IMG/VR virus record: IMGVR_UViG_3300021961_000040
Span: 44,075 to 108,074 of that record
Strand: one strand, 5' to 3'
Length of the DNA stretch: 64,000 nucleotides
From: a virus
Shown here: piece after piece, positions 20,587 through 30,084 of the stretch
Numbering within the stretch: position 1 is the first letter of the stretch
Layout of the letters: every line of letters begins with the position of its first letter
Notes under the pieces: model-generated
The model's database searches: none
Seen by the model: only the letters and a program-made list of their open reading frames with translations
Told to the model about the DNA's origin: nothing
Made by a program: the position numbers and the translations under genes

Positions 20587-21237
20587 ATGAAAAACAAAGT
20601 AGAACTAATAGGGTCTTATGGAAGTGACCTAACACACGCACTTTCGGCTTGGACCTCGACATCCAGGCAGATCGGACCAAAGAAACTCGCAAGAGTTGGG
20701 AAATTGCTCAAAATGCTTGCAACTGAAGGGCACCACACGCCGTTCGAAAAGTCGTCTCTTCACTTTCTCGTAACGACCGACATCGCTACGCACATCCACC
20801 TACTTAAGCACCGCATTGGCGTAAACATCAATGCAGAGTCCGCACGCTACAAAGAGTTTAAGATCGATAAGTATTACTTGCCTGTTGATTGGGACGAAGA
20901 AGATCAGGAAGATTTAGAATCGTTTATCAAGGACGCTTATGAGCGTTATCACAAGTGTATTACTCGCCTAGAAGAGAAGGGCTATTCGCGAAAGCGTGCG
21001 AAGGAAAGTGCACGTCTTTATCTGCCTTACGGCATTCAGATCACTTGTGACATTATGTTCAACTGGCGCTCTTTCGCTCATTTCCAGAAACTACGAAATG
21101 ACGAACACGCCCAACTGGAGGTCCGTGAGGTCGCAGCAGAAATGCTACGACTTGTAGAAGATCAGGGTGATTTCCCTATGACGATTGAGGCTATGACCGC
21201 AGCAGGAATGCTTTCAGGCAAGGAGAAAGAAGAATGA
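20587..21237 (+). CDS. thyX: Flavin-dependent thymidylate synthase
   Basis: HHTPFE, HLLKHR...ESARY, AR.YLP, HAQLEVR. Confidence 0.93.
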   Translation: MKNKVELIGSYGSDLTHALSAWTSTSRQIGPKKLARVGKLLKMLATEGHHTPFEKSSLHFLVTTDIATHIHLLKHRIGVNINAESARYKEFKIDKYYLPVDWDEEDQEDLESFIKDAYERYHKCITRLEEKGYSRKRAKESARLYLPYGIQITCDIMFNWRSFAHFQKLRNDEHAQLEVREVAAEMLRLVEDQGDFPMTIEAMTAAGMLSGKEKEE

Positions 21238-21761
21238 AAATCAAAGAAAATATGGTTAAAACAAAAACTTTGTATTTTACATCTATGTGGGGGACAGGCG
21301 AAAATAAAAATGCTTACATTACTCTTACAGAATGGATCAATGGTGAAGGATACGATGTGTCATTGTGTCACTGTGGTAATGAAAAGAACTTTTCTCTAAC
21401 ATGTGAAGAGTTCGACGCGATTATTGCTCTTTTTCATGCTTTTAATTTAAATATTGCTTCTTAGGACAAAAAAATGAGATATAATCAACACTTTCCTGTT
21501 GCTATTGCTTTAACTAAAAGCCATGGGTGGCAGGCAGTCTATGAGGAGTCACAGTGTAGAGGCGTCGCTTTCGATACAGTTTTCTGGCTAAGACAGCCCT
21601 CTGAAGAGTTAGGTCTAATGATAGACACATGTTTAGGACCTAATTCTGATTGCATTCAGATGCCGAATTTACTTGTGCCTGAGATATTTAGGATGTTAAA
21701 AAAAATAGACTTAGACTTTGATTTTACCAAGATTAATTGATCTTATGCAAGGAGAAGAAAA

Positions 21762-22100
21762 ATGAACGAAAAAAGAAAAGAACCTAGATTTTTGATAGAT
21801 GTTCCTATCAAGTGGAAAAACTCTAATCGAATTATTGAATCTGTTACAAAAGATATCTCCTATTCAGGAGTTTTTGTTGAAACTCTCGCTCCTTGCGAAG
21901 TGGGAGAAAGAATCAATATTTCAATTCCTGTTGTAAACGGAAGCATTGAAATGGAAGGTGAAGTACGCTGGATTCGCGTAGGTGATGATGGATATCCTGA
22001 AGGAATGGGTGTCTACTTTTTAAGAGATCTGACTTCTGCCGAGAAAAGTTTAATGAGGATTATGCTTATTGGAAGCAAAACTGAGACCCTAATTGGCTGA
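21762..22100 (+). CDS. PilZ-domain protein (copy 1)
   Basis: RxxxR and DISxSG c-di-GMP motifs; GEVRW, GMGV.F. Confidence 0.88.
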   Translation: MNEKRKEPRFLIDVPIKWKNSNRIIESVTKDISYSGVFVETLAPCEVGERINISIPVVNGSIEMEGEVRWIRVGDDGYPEGMGVYFLRDLTSAEKSLMRIMLIGSKTETLIG

Positions 22101-22673
22101 TGTTAAGCCAATTTGCAATAGGCTTGGCTATCCTAATTGATCAGCAGCCATCGTGGTCTATTGAGGTGCCTTGGTATTTCCATAAACTTGCTCGTCAAGA
22201 GTGTTATGACTATCAGCATTATGACATAGAGAAAGTAAAAATTAGAAAAACGAATGTTGAGAATATTCACTTTACGTACTTTTATTCTAAATTGCTGTAT
22301 GTCAACATACCTAGTACTCAAACAGATCCTGTTTCCGCAGTTTGGTTCAAAATTCAAAAAAAAAGAAAAGCAAAATTGAGACTAGAAATACAAACAGAAC
22401 AGGTATTAGTCACGGGTGATGGTAAAAAAATATGTTTAAAAACAAGAAGGCCGAAGAATGAATAGAAAACAAAGAAGAGCAATGAAGAAGCAATACGGTG
22501 CAAAAGCCGTTGAAAAAATGCAAGATCTTGAAGAAGCAATATCGAACATGTCTAACATATGCACAGTCTGTGAAGCTGCTTTCGACAAAAATGACAAGTC
22601 TTTGCTTGATTCTTGGCGAGTTACAATTGATGAATCAGGTTTTAGACTATTGTGTCCGAGCTGCACCAATTAA
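22100..22673 (+). other. Two hypothetical genes (22100-22465; 22458-22673 with CxxC pairs)
   Basis: Translationally coupled ORFs. Confidence 0.55.
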
Positions 22674-22806
22674 AATGACAGTTGGCACAGAAGCTGTTTT
22701 TATTTTTTATGCTGTATTTTTCTGTGTCTTGCAATGCTCTATTTTTTAAGTAAGACTTGTTAAAGATAATATGCTTTTAAAGAAATAATTACTCTAAAGA
22801 GGAAAA

Positions 22807-24375
22807 ATGAATTTAAAAGACTTAGTTTTGGAATGGAAAAATTATATTCGTAAGCCTGTTATTCTTGCAGAAGGCGGTAACGCAACTGCCCTTATTCATG
22901 ATGCCGAAGGTAAAGCGTCCCCTGTTATTTGGGATGGAAATATAGCGCAAGCTAAACCTATTGTTTTTGATGAAAAAGTTTCTAGATCTGATTTTGTAAG
23001 AGATGTTAGAAATATGATTAGAAAAATTGATGATATTCACCGTCGAGCTTTTGGAGTGGGTTTATACAGTAAAGGCACAAGAGATGCTATGCTTGAGTCT
23101 GGATACACATTTATGGGCTCATCGGAATTTCTGTTTGCACCTATTTCTAAAATTGATGATAACGAATATACAAAGTATAAAAAGAAAACCGGAGACATAG
23201 ACTTACTTGTTTCAAAAGAAAGAATTAAGACACTTTTTCAACTTTTAAACGAGCTTCGAGAAAGAAAGTTAACTGAAACAATTACTTTTGTTGGACATAA
23301 CAAGCTGTCTGAAGCGCAAATAAGAGAAGAACAGATCAATGGTATTTTTGAATACAAGAGAAGTGGTAGATCGTTCCTTTTTCAAGTAGATTTTGTATTT
23401 GTACCCTTTGATGAAGAAGGTATGCCTTATCCAGAAGAAAAATTTTTAAGAGGTAGTACATGGGAGGATATAAAGGTAGGAATAAAAGGAATTGGTCACA
23501 AGCTTCTACTTCAGTCGTTAGGATCTAAGATTAGAACTATTCCTTATGGTTCTGCCTTGTTGGCAACAGATTCAAGCAAACCTGAAAAAATTAGACTTAA
23601 AACTTTACTCCCTAAAATTGATAATATTAGAATAGGTCTTGCTGGAATTACACCACTTGACTTAGACGCTTTAACATCTATTGTCAATATTAAAAAAATA
23701 CCCAAATCTTTTATGAGCAAAGTGTCTAATGAAGAAATTAAAAGATTTTTAGAAAGTCTTGATGAAAAAAGAATCAGAATGTTAAACGACATTATAAACA
23801 AAGAGGGTTTAGCACAAAATCAAACAATTGAGCTTTTAGTTACTTTTATTGTTCATTCTCCGACAGTTTCTGATTTTGAGCTTGATAGTTACTTTGATTC
23901 ATTTTCTAGTTTAATGTCTTTTTCGATGGGTCGTGGTCTTTCTTCTAAATATAAAAAAGAACCATATCAGGTCGCCGGCAAAGATGTTTATCGCTATCTT
24001 AAATTTGAAGAGCGAGAAGAAAAATTTAGAAAAGCAGAAGATATTTTTGAAGCAATTTTTGGTAACAGAGCTACTGTAGAAGACGTTAGAGATATTGCTT
24101 CTTTTTTAGGCTTGCTAAGAATTATTAATCGCTATCTTTCTCCTGAAAAGAAAATTGCTGCATATGACGGTTTATTTTTCTATTTTTATGAATCTACAAA
24201 CTTTATGTCTGCACATGATATACAAGATGACTTGATTCCTAAAGTAAAGATTATGGAGGCTTTTGAAAATATTGTACCCGAAGTTAGGCAATCTAAAAAG
24301 TATCAAAACAAAGAAGAGTATTTATCTATTTGGATAGACACTTATAACGCAAGACTAGAAAAAGATAGAGTGTAA
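22807..24375 (+). CDS. Large putative nucleotidyltransferase-fold protein with leader ending LAE|GGN
   Basis: MGSS...TGDIDLLV...FQVDF resembles the GS-DxD-D NTase signature. Confidence 0.55.
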   Translation: MNLKDLVLEWKNYIRKPVILAEGGNATALIHDAEGKASPVIWDGNIAQAKPIVFDEKVSRSDFVRDVRNMIRKIDDIHRRAFGVGLYSKGTRDAMLESGYTFMGSSEFLFAPISKIDDNEYTKYKKKTGDIDLLVSKERIKTLFQLLNELRERKLTETITFVGHNKLSEAQIREEQINGIFEYKRSGRSFLFQVDFVFVPFDEEGMPYPEEKFLRGSTWEDIKVGIKGIGHKLLLQSLGSKIRTIPYGSALLATDSSKPEKIRLKTLLPKIDNIRIGLAGITPLDLDALTSIVNIKKIPKSFMSKVSNEEIKRFLESLDEKRIRMLNDIINKEGLAQNQTIELLVTFIVHSPTVSDFELDSYFDSFSSLMSFSMGRGLSSKYKKEPYQVAGKDVYRYLKFEEREEKFRKAEDIFEAIFGNRATVEDVRDIASFLGLLRIINRYLSPEKKIAAYDGLFFYFYESTNFMSAHDIQDDLIPKVKIMEAFENIVPEVRQSKKYQNKEEYLSIWIDTYNARLEKDRV

Positions 24376-24417
24376 AGTTTATAAACTCCTACTATGATAA
24401 AAGTAGGAGAACAAGCA

Positions 24418-24984
24418 ATGCTGGCAAAATCTAATAATAAAAAGATTGTTCAGAAAAACTTTTTTGCACACAGAAAAAAGACTCGAAAGCAGCGATATGC
24501 AGAAAAAATGAATTCTGCACAGTTTTTGCCTATTTCTATTGGATGTGTTAATTTTATGCATGACGGAAATCTTGCTTTCTTAATTAGATCGGCTGTTTGT
24601 TTTGGTGTAAAAGATATCCATGTAATTGGATCAATACCTGCAAGATCAGAGCTTAGGCGCTTGTCAGGTTCTACGTGCGATTTTATCAATCTCATTCAAC
24701 ACAGTTCACCTGGAAGCTTTAATCGATGGACAGAAGAAAACTCAGTTCAAGTTGTAGCTGCTGAACTTTGTGACAAATCAAAAAAGCTAAGAAATTATCG
24801 TTTTAATTTTGACAAAGAAGTCTGTATTTTTACTGGGCATGAGACATACGGCGTGCCAGTTGATGTGACTCAAATTGCTGATTGTGTTGAGATCGACATG
24901 CCAGGTCCAGGTTTTTGCCTAAATACTGCGCAAGCAGCTAATATTGTGCTTTACGAAGCATCAAAACAATATCTGGAGAGATAA
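24418..24984 (+). CDS. SpoU/TrmH-family RNA 2'-O-methyltransferase
   Basis: GN...LIRSA..FG, GHE.YG, I.M.G...CLN.AQAA.IVLYE; start moved to 24418 because ATG 24394 lies in the -10 box. Confidence 0.88.
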   Translation: MLAKSNNKKIVQKNFFAHRKKTRKQRYAEKMNSAQFLPISIGCVNFMHDGNLAFLIRSAVCFGVKDIHVIGSIPARSELRRLSGSTCDFINLIQHSSPGSFNRWTEENSVQVVAAELCDKSKKLRNYRFNFDKEVCIFTGHETYGVPVDVTQIADCVEIDMPGPGFCLNTAQAANIVLYEASKQYLER

Positions 24985-25220
24985 ATGAAAAAAGAAGCTG
25001 TTAATCATCCTAGTCACTACGGTGGTGAAAAAAACCCATATGAAGCAATTAAAGTAATTGAAGCATGGGATTTAAACTTTAGCTTAGGAATGTTTTAAAA
25101 TATATGAGTCGAGCTGGTAAAAAGTCTGATAACATACTAGAAGATCTTAAAAAAGCTGCTTGGTATCTTAATAGAGAGATTAAAAGAATTGAAGACGCAT
25201 CAAAGTATGATTTCAAGTAG
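24985..25220 (+). pseudogene. DUF3310 (SaV-like) gene with a 1-nt frameshift near 25090
   Basis: VNHPSHY...EAIKVIEAW.LNF.LG in one frame; VLKYMSRAGKK...EDLKKAAWYL continues in another frame. Confidence 0.75.
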
Positions 25221-25548
25221 ATTTGTATCTGACCATCTTAGAGATAAAGAAAAATGACAAAACCAGAAATTGCCAGACTGCTTGCAATGATTGCGCACGA
25301 AGATGGTGACCAAGATACTTTTAATTTTGTTTTAGATAGAATCTTTGGTGCAATTCAAGGTAAGGGTGTAAACAAGTGGTATAAAAGTTCTCGTTATACA
25401 GGTTATACAGAACAAGAATGAACCATTATTTCTATTGTCTAAAATGTAATTCCAAAACTTACTATCGGTATGTAAATGGGTTTTATCCACAACCGGGTTG
25501 TCTAAAATGCAATATTTGGTTTGAGAAACCAGAACCAAGGAGCAAATA

Positions 25549-28193
25549 ATGAATCTAATTCCACCCACACAGTGGGACTCTTACTTTGACCTTTTTGGGT
25601 CAGGACGAGTTTATTTTGCAAGAGCCACATTTGGCAAAGGACAAAGAGTTGGAACAGCCCCTATTGTTGCCATGTTTCAGGGGTTAGAGCCTTATTATCC
25701 AACAGAGCCTTTTATCGTGACTTCACGAGACTCTATGTTAAAAATCAATAAAGAAATGGAAGGCAATAGAAATATTCCCGACTGGCTTCGTGCTGATTGT
25801 TTTGAATATTTTTGGAGGAAGAGAAATGAGATGTTACTACTGCGATGACGGTGTTCTACAAATAACCGCTCTAACACCCCCAGACGAAGGGTGGGCTGTT
25901 GATTGTAACAAATGTGATTATTCCACTCGGAAGCCAACAGCAGACCAAATGATTATAGAACAACCAATGACTGCGCCAACAAGCATCAAATGGAAAGTTA
26001 AATGGATACCTAAAAGAGAAAGTTCTTATCAAGGATTATCTGAACACTCGCTTGACTGTCTATGGCATCGCGATTGGCACGCTTGCAATTGTGGTTTCTT
26101 TGATGGAGAAGAAGAATGAAGTTTGAAAAAACTACTCATTGGCGCGCCGAGATTGAAAACTGGGTCGCTACGATTACAAAATACAGCGACGCTGATGATT
26201 ATTTCTGGAAAATCCAAACCAGAACTTTAGATTTTGGATTTGGTGATAGCTGGGAATGGAAGATTCTTACTGAGGGAAAAGAAGAATCTCTTGTTAAGGC
26301 TAAAAGCGCCATTAAAGAATGGAGATAAAAGTAAGAATGGAAAACCATTACGAAGTTTGTTCTTATTGTGAGGGCAACGGTTACGATGAAGAAAGTGAGT
26401 GTCCTAACTGCCTTTCTCGCTGTGTTGTTCCTACTCTTGAAGCCCTCGATCTGGTCGATAGTCTGAGAGCAGAAAACAAAAGACTAATCCTGCTGAGAGA
26501 AAAACTCCGTGCCGAGATTACTAAACTTGAAATGGAAAGAACAGACGACGAACTACGCGAAATGCTAGATCTTGCAGCAAAGCATGAAAACGAAGCAACA
26601 GCAGAGAACGAGATTATGAGAGAAAGGCTAAAAAAGATCAATAACCTTTCTCGCTATGCCGCAGAACAAGTAGCAAGAAAGCCAAAAGAAGCACAACTAA
26701 TTTTTGAAAAGATTTATGATCTTTCTGGAGGCATGTATGGGAAAATTTGCTAAATGGTATCTTTATTTTGCATCTTGCATAGAAGAAGGTCTTCACAGAA
26801 GCATCGAATATGATCCTATTGAATTTGGAAAATAAGTAATGTCTACTTGGAAATACGGTATGATTAAGGTCGCAGAAGATCACGGAGAAGATGTTTGTGA
26901 ACTTGTGGAAGTTTATTCCCAGTCTGGGCTTATTAGTGGACCTTATACAAGTTTCTGTCGCCCTTTTTTAACTTCGCTTAAGTGTCTTCAAATGGCCCTC
27001 AAAGACGTTGAACAAGACGGAATCAACACTTGGTTTTGGGAGAATGGAACTTTCTCTTGGAACCAGAATGAATACTTTTGGGATTGGAAGCCAAACAAAG
27101 AGGAGAACGAAGAATGATTTATCAGTTTTGCGAACCTCATCCTACTGGCGGCGACGCACTTATTGAGATTACAGAAGAACAGATCCGCGTTTGGATGAGA
27201 AAGGCTTATCCAAATGTAAAAGATGAAGATCAGATCGAAGAGTTTTGTACACTTCATTGGGCCTGGGCGAAGGAAAACGAAGAATGAATTTACCTAAGCA
27301 TATCAACTTGGTCATTGAACATAACCCACACAAGGCAAGTTATATGACCGTTGAAGAATGGTGCAAGCATGTGGAGATCGAATGGATTTCGATGGAAGAA
27401 GAGTGGTTAGCAAAAAATAATAATGAAATGTGGACGATTATCTGGTACCCAGATAATCCTGTTGGTTCTTATTCTGAATCTGCTTTTGACTTACAAAACT
27501 TGCTAATCTATATTCAAAATCATTATTAAGGAGAACGAAGAATGAGTTTACATGTCGGGGACAAAGTCCGTGTAAACAAAGATATTGCTCGTGTAGAGGG
27601 ACCATACGCTCAAGCTGGAGAGCAAGGAACTATTATTGAGATCTTTCGTCCACAATCCACTGGGGCTTTTGAACAGAAGCCACCCTGTGCAAAAGTGAGA
27701 ATCATTCGGGAATGGAGCATTCCTATTCTGACGTTTCGACTTACGTCTCTTGAGAGAGTAGAATGAGCACCAAATCAACAATAAGCTATGATAAAGGTTA
27801 TCATCTTTATGCTGAATGTTTTGATGAAAACTTAGTCTATCTAAGGCTCGATGACCCGATTATGTTGAAGGCAGATTTTTGGGAAGGATCGAAGTCTTCT
27901 GTCACTGTAGCACTCTCTAAAGAAGATATGCTTCAGTTATGTAAGGAATTTGTAAACAAATATAACTATTATTCCGGTGAGGAAGAAGAATGAAAGTTAA
28001 ATCTATCAAATCAATCTATCTTTCTGAAAAGGAACTAAAAGGCGCAATCTGTAATTGGCTTTATATTTATGGACGCCATGATTTAGCGACGCACTTGGAA
28101 GATAATTCGTGTGAGTTTGAATGGACCCATCAAGATGATGGTGCCTATCTTGCTATCGATATGGATGGAACATTTAACGAGAGCGAAGAATGA
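25549..28193 (+). other. Array of about 10 short hypothetical genes, mostly ATGA-coupled
   Basis: Successive ORFs joined by ...GAAGAATGA junctions. Confidence 0.65.
26959..27103 (+). repeat. About 145-nt near-identical dispersed repeat (second copy about 48286-48430)
   Basis: Both encode RPFLTSL.CLQMALKDVE.DGINTWFWENGTFSWNQNEYFWDWK.NKEE. Confidence 0.9.
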
Positions 28194-28276
28194 GTTATTG
28201 TTGAAATCAAACTAACAGAAATTAAGTATGTTGAAGAGCCAAATCTATTTGGACAGCTTCGAGGAGGAGAACCAAA

Positions 28277-28990
28277 ATGAAAGGACTTGTTTTATTCTTG
28301 ATGTTTGCCGCCTCCGCTAATGCTTTTTCATTTAAAACCACAGAAGAAGGCGAGCAGATTAAATGGCAACAACCTATTGTTGATTACTACATCAATATTG
28401 AACCAGACAGCAATTTAAACGAGGATGATTATATTGAAGCCGTTCAAGGGTCTTTTGAGGAATGGAATAGCGTTCCTGATAATCCACTTTACTTAAATTA
28501 TAGTGGCTTGACTAGAGACCATGGAACAGATTATACAGATAAAAACATTATTTTTTTTAATAGGGACGAATGGCCAGAGAATTTAGAACCTAATTTCATG
28601 GCTTCTACTTTTGTCTGGAATAACGATGAAGGTGAGATTCTTGCGTTTGATATTATAATCAATAATAGTTTTAAGTGGGGAACCAATGGAGAACCATACA
28701 CGCAGGATCTACAAAATGCTCTAACTCATGAAATAGGACATGTCCTCGGACTGGGACACTCAGAAGAGGACACTGCTACGATGTTCGGAACCAGTTATAC
28801 TGGTGAAAAAAGCAAAAGGACACTAGATGAAGATGATATCCAAGGGATCTCCTATCTTTACTCTGGTTTGACACCCGGCTATTATCAAGGCGGATCTTGT
28901 TCTATCCTAAACGGGACTAAATCATATAATTTTGCTATTTTGAGTTTAATGATAATTATAACTTTAACAAGGAGAAAGAGAAATGACTGA
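28277..28990 (+). CDS. Secreted matrixin (M10) protease with MYXO-CTERM/GlyGly-CTERM-like anchor
   Basis: Signal peptide (ASANA), HEIGHVLGLGH, ATM Met-turn, LxxDDI.G; C-terminal GGSCS, TM helix and RRKR. Confidence 0.85.
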   Translation: MKGLVLFLMFAASANAFSFKTTEEGEQIKWQQPIVDYYINIEPDSNLNEDDYIEAVQGSFEEWNSVPDNPLYLNYSGLTRDHGTDYTDKNIIFFNRDEWPENLEPNFMASTFVWNNDEGEILAFDIIINNSFKWGTNGEPYTQDLQNALTHEIGHVLGLGHSEEDTATMFGTSYTGEKSKRTLDEDDIQGISYLYSGLTPGYYQGGSCSILNGTKSYNFAILSLMIIITLTRRKRND

Positions 28991-29327
28991 GAAAAGAAGT
29001 GAAATGAGGTTTTCAGTAAGTGTCCCCATTAGGTGGACAAATGCAAATCGGATCATTGAGTCTAGTACGAGAGATATTTCATATTCAGGAGTATTTATCC
29101 AGACTCTTGCTCCTTGTTCAATAGGAGACAAGATAAACGCCACAATTCCAGTCGAAAATGGAGATACTAAAATTCAAATAGAAGGAGAAGTTCGCTGGAT
29201 CCGTGTGGACGAAAATGGAAATCCAGAAGGTATGGGCGTCTTCTTTCTAAGAGATTTAACGCCGACTGAGAGAGTCGCAATGGAGGCTATGCTTATTGAC
29301 AGCAATACTGAGACTTTAATTGCATAA
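28983..29327 (+). CDS. PilZ-domain protein (copy 2)
   Basis: Close paralog of 21762-22100; RxxxR and DISYSG. Confidence 0.88.
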   Translation: MTEKRSEMRFSVSVPIRWTNANRIIESSTRDISYSGVFIQTLAPCSIGDKINATIPVENGDTKIQIEGEVRWIRVDENGNPEGMGVFFLRDLTPTERVAMEAMLIDSNTETLIA

Positions 29328-29481
29328 TGTTGAGTCGCTTTGCCGCAGACTTGGCTATCCTATTAGGACAACAAGTCTTATGGTCTATTAAAATTCCTTG
29401 GTACTTCCACAGGTCTGGTCAACAGAAATGTTACAACTATCTTGCTATCGATATAGATGGCACATTTGATGAGAATGAAGA

Positions 29482-30018
29482 ATGAGTTATTTTTTTATTG
29501 ATGTAGAAGCAGACGGCCCTTGTCCAGGACTCTATTCAATGGTGAGTTTTGGAGCCGTTAAGTTTGATGATGATCTTAAGACCACGTTTTACGGAAGAAC
29601 ACGGCCAATTACAAATAATTACAAGCTAGAAGCTCTTCAAATCTCTTGCCCGGATCGAGAAACACATCTTAGTTATGATAATCCAGTCGAAGTAATGAAA
29701 GAGTTTAACCAATGGGTACTTGACAACAATACGGGCTCTCGTCCTATTTTTATGTCTGATAATCCTGCTTTTGACTGGCAGTGGATCAACTATTATTTTC
29801 ATCTAGCAGTGGGTAGTAATCCTTTTGGATACTCAGCACGACGCATCGGTGATGTTTATTGCGGAGCAATGGGAAATATGAGAGCAAAGTGGAAGCACCT
29901 TCGAAAGACTCCACATGATCATAATCCGGTCAATGACGCAAAAGGAAATGCTGAGGCGTTTCGCGTGATGCAAGAGTTGATGCGCGAAGTGAAGCAACTT
30001 CGAAAAAACAACATGTAA
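29482..30018 (+). CDS. DEDDh 3'-5' exoribonuclease-like protein
   Basis: IDVEADGP, DNPAFDW, HNPVNDA. Confidence 0.8.
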   Translation: MSYFFIDVEADGPCPGLYSMVSFGAVKFDDDLKTTFYGRTRPITNNYKLEALQISCPDRETHLSYDNPVEVMKEFNQWVLDNNTGSRPIFMSDNPAFDWQWINYYFHLAVGSNPFGYSARRIGDVYCGAMGNMRAKWKHLRKTPHDHNPVNDAKGNAEAFRVMQELMREVKQLRKNNM

Positions 30019-30084
30019 ATATTTGTGTGTAAATTTTACATCAATAAAGTAAAATATAATTGTACTTTCACACACTAAGGAATT

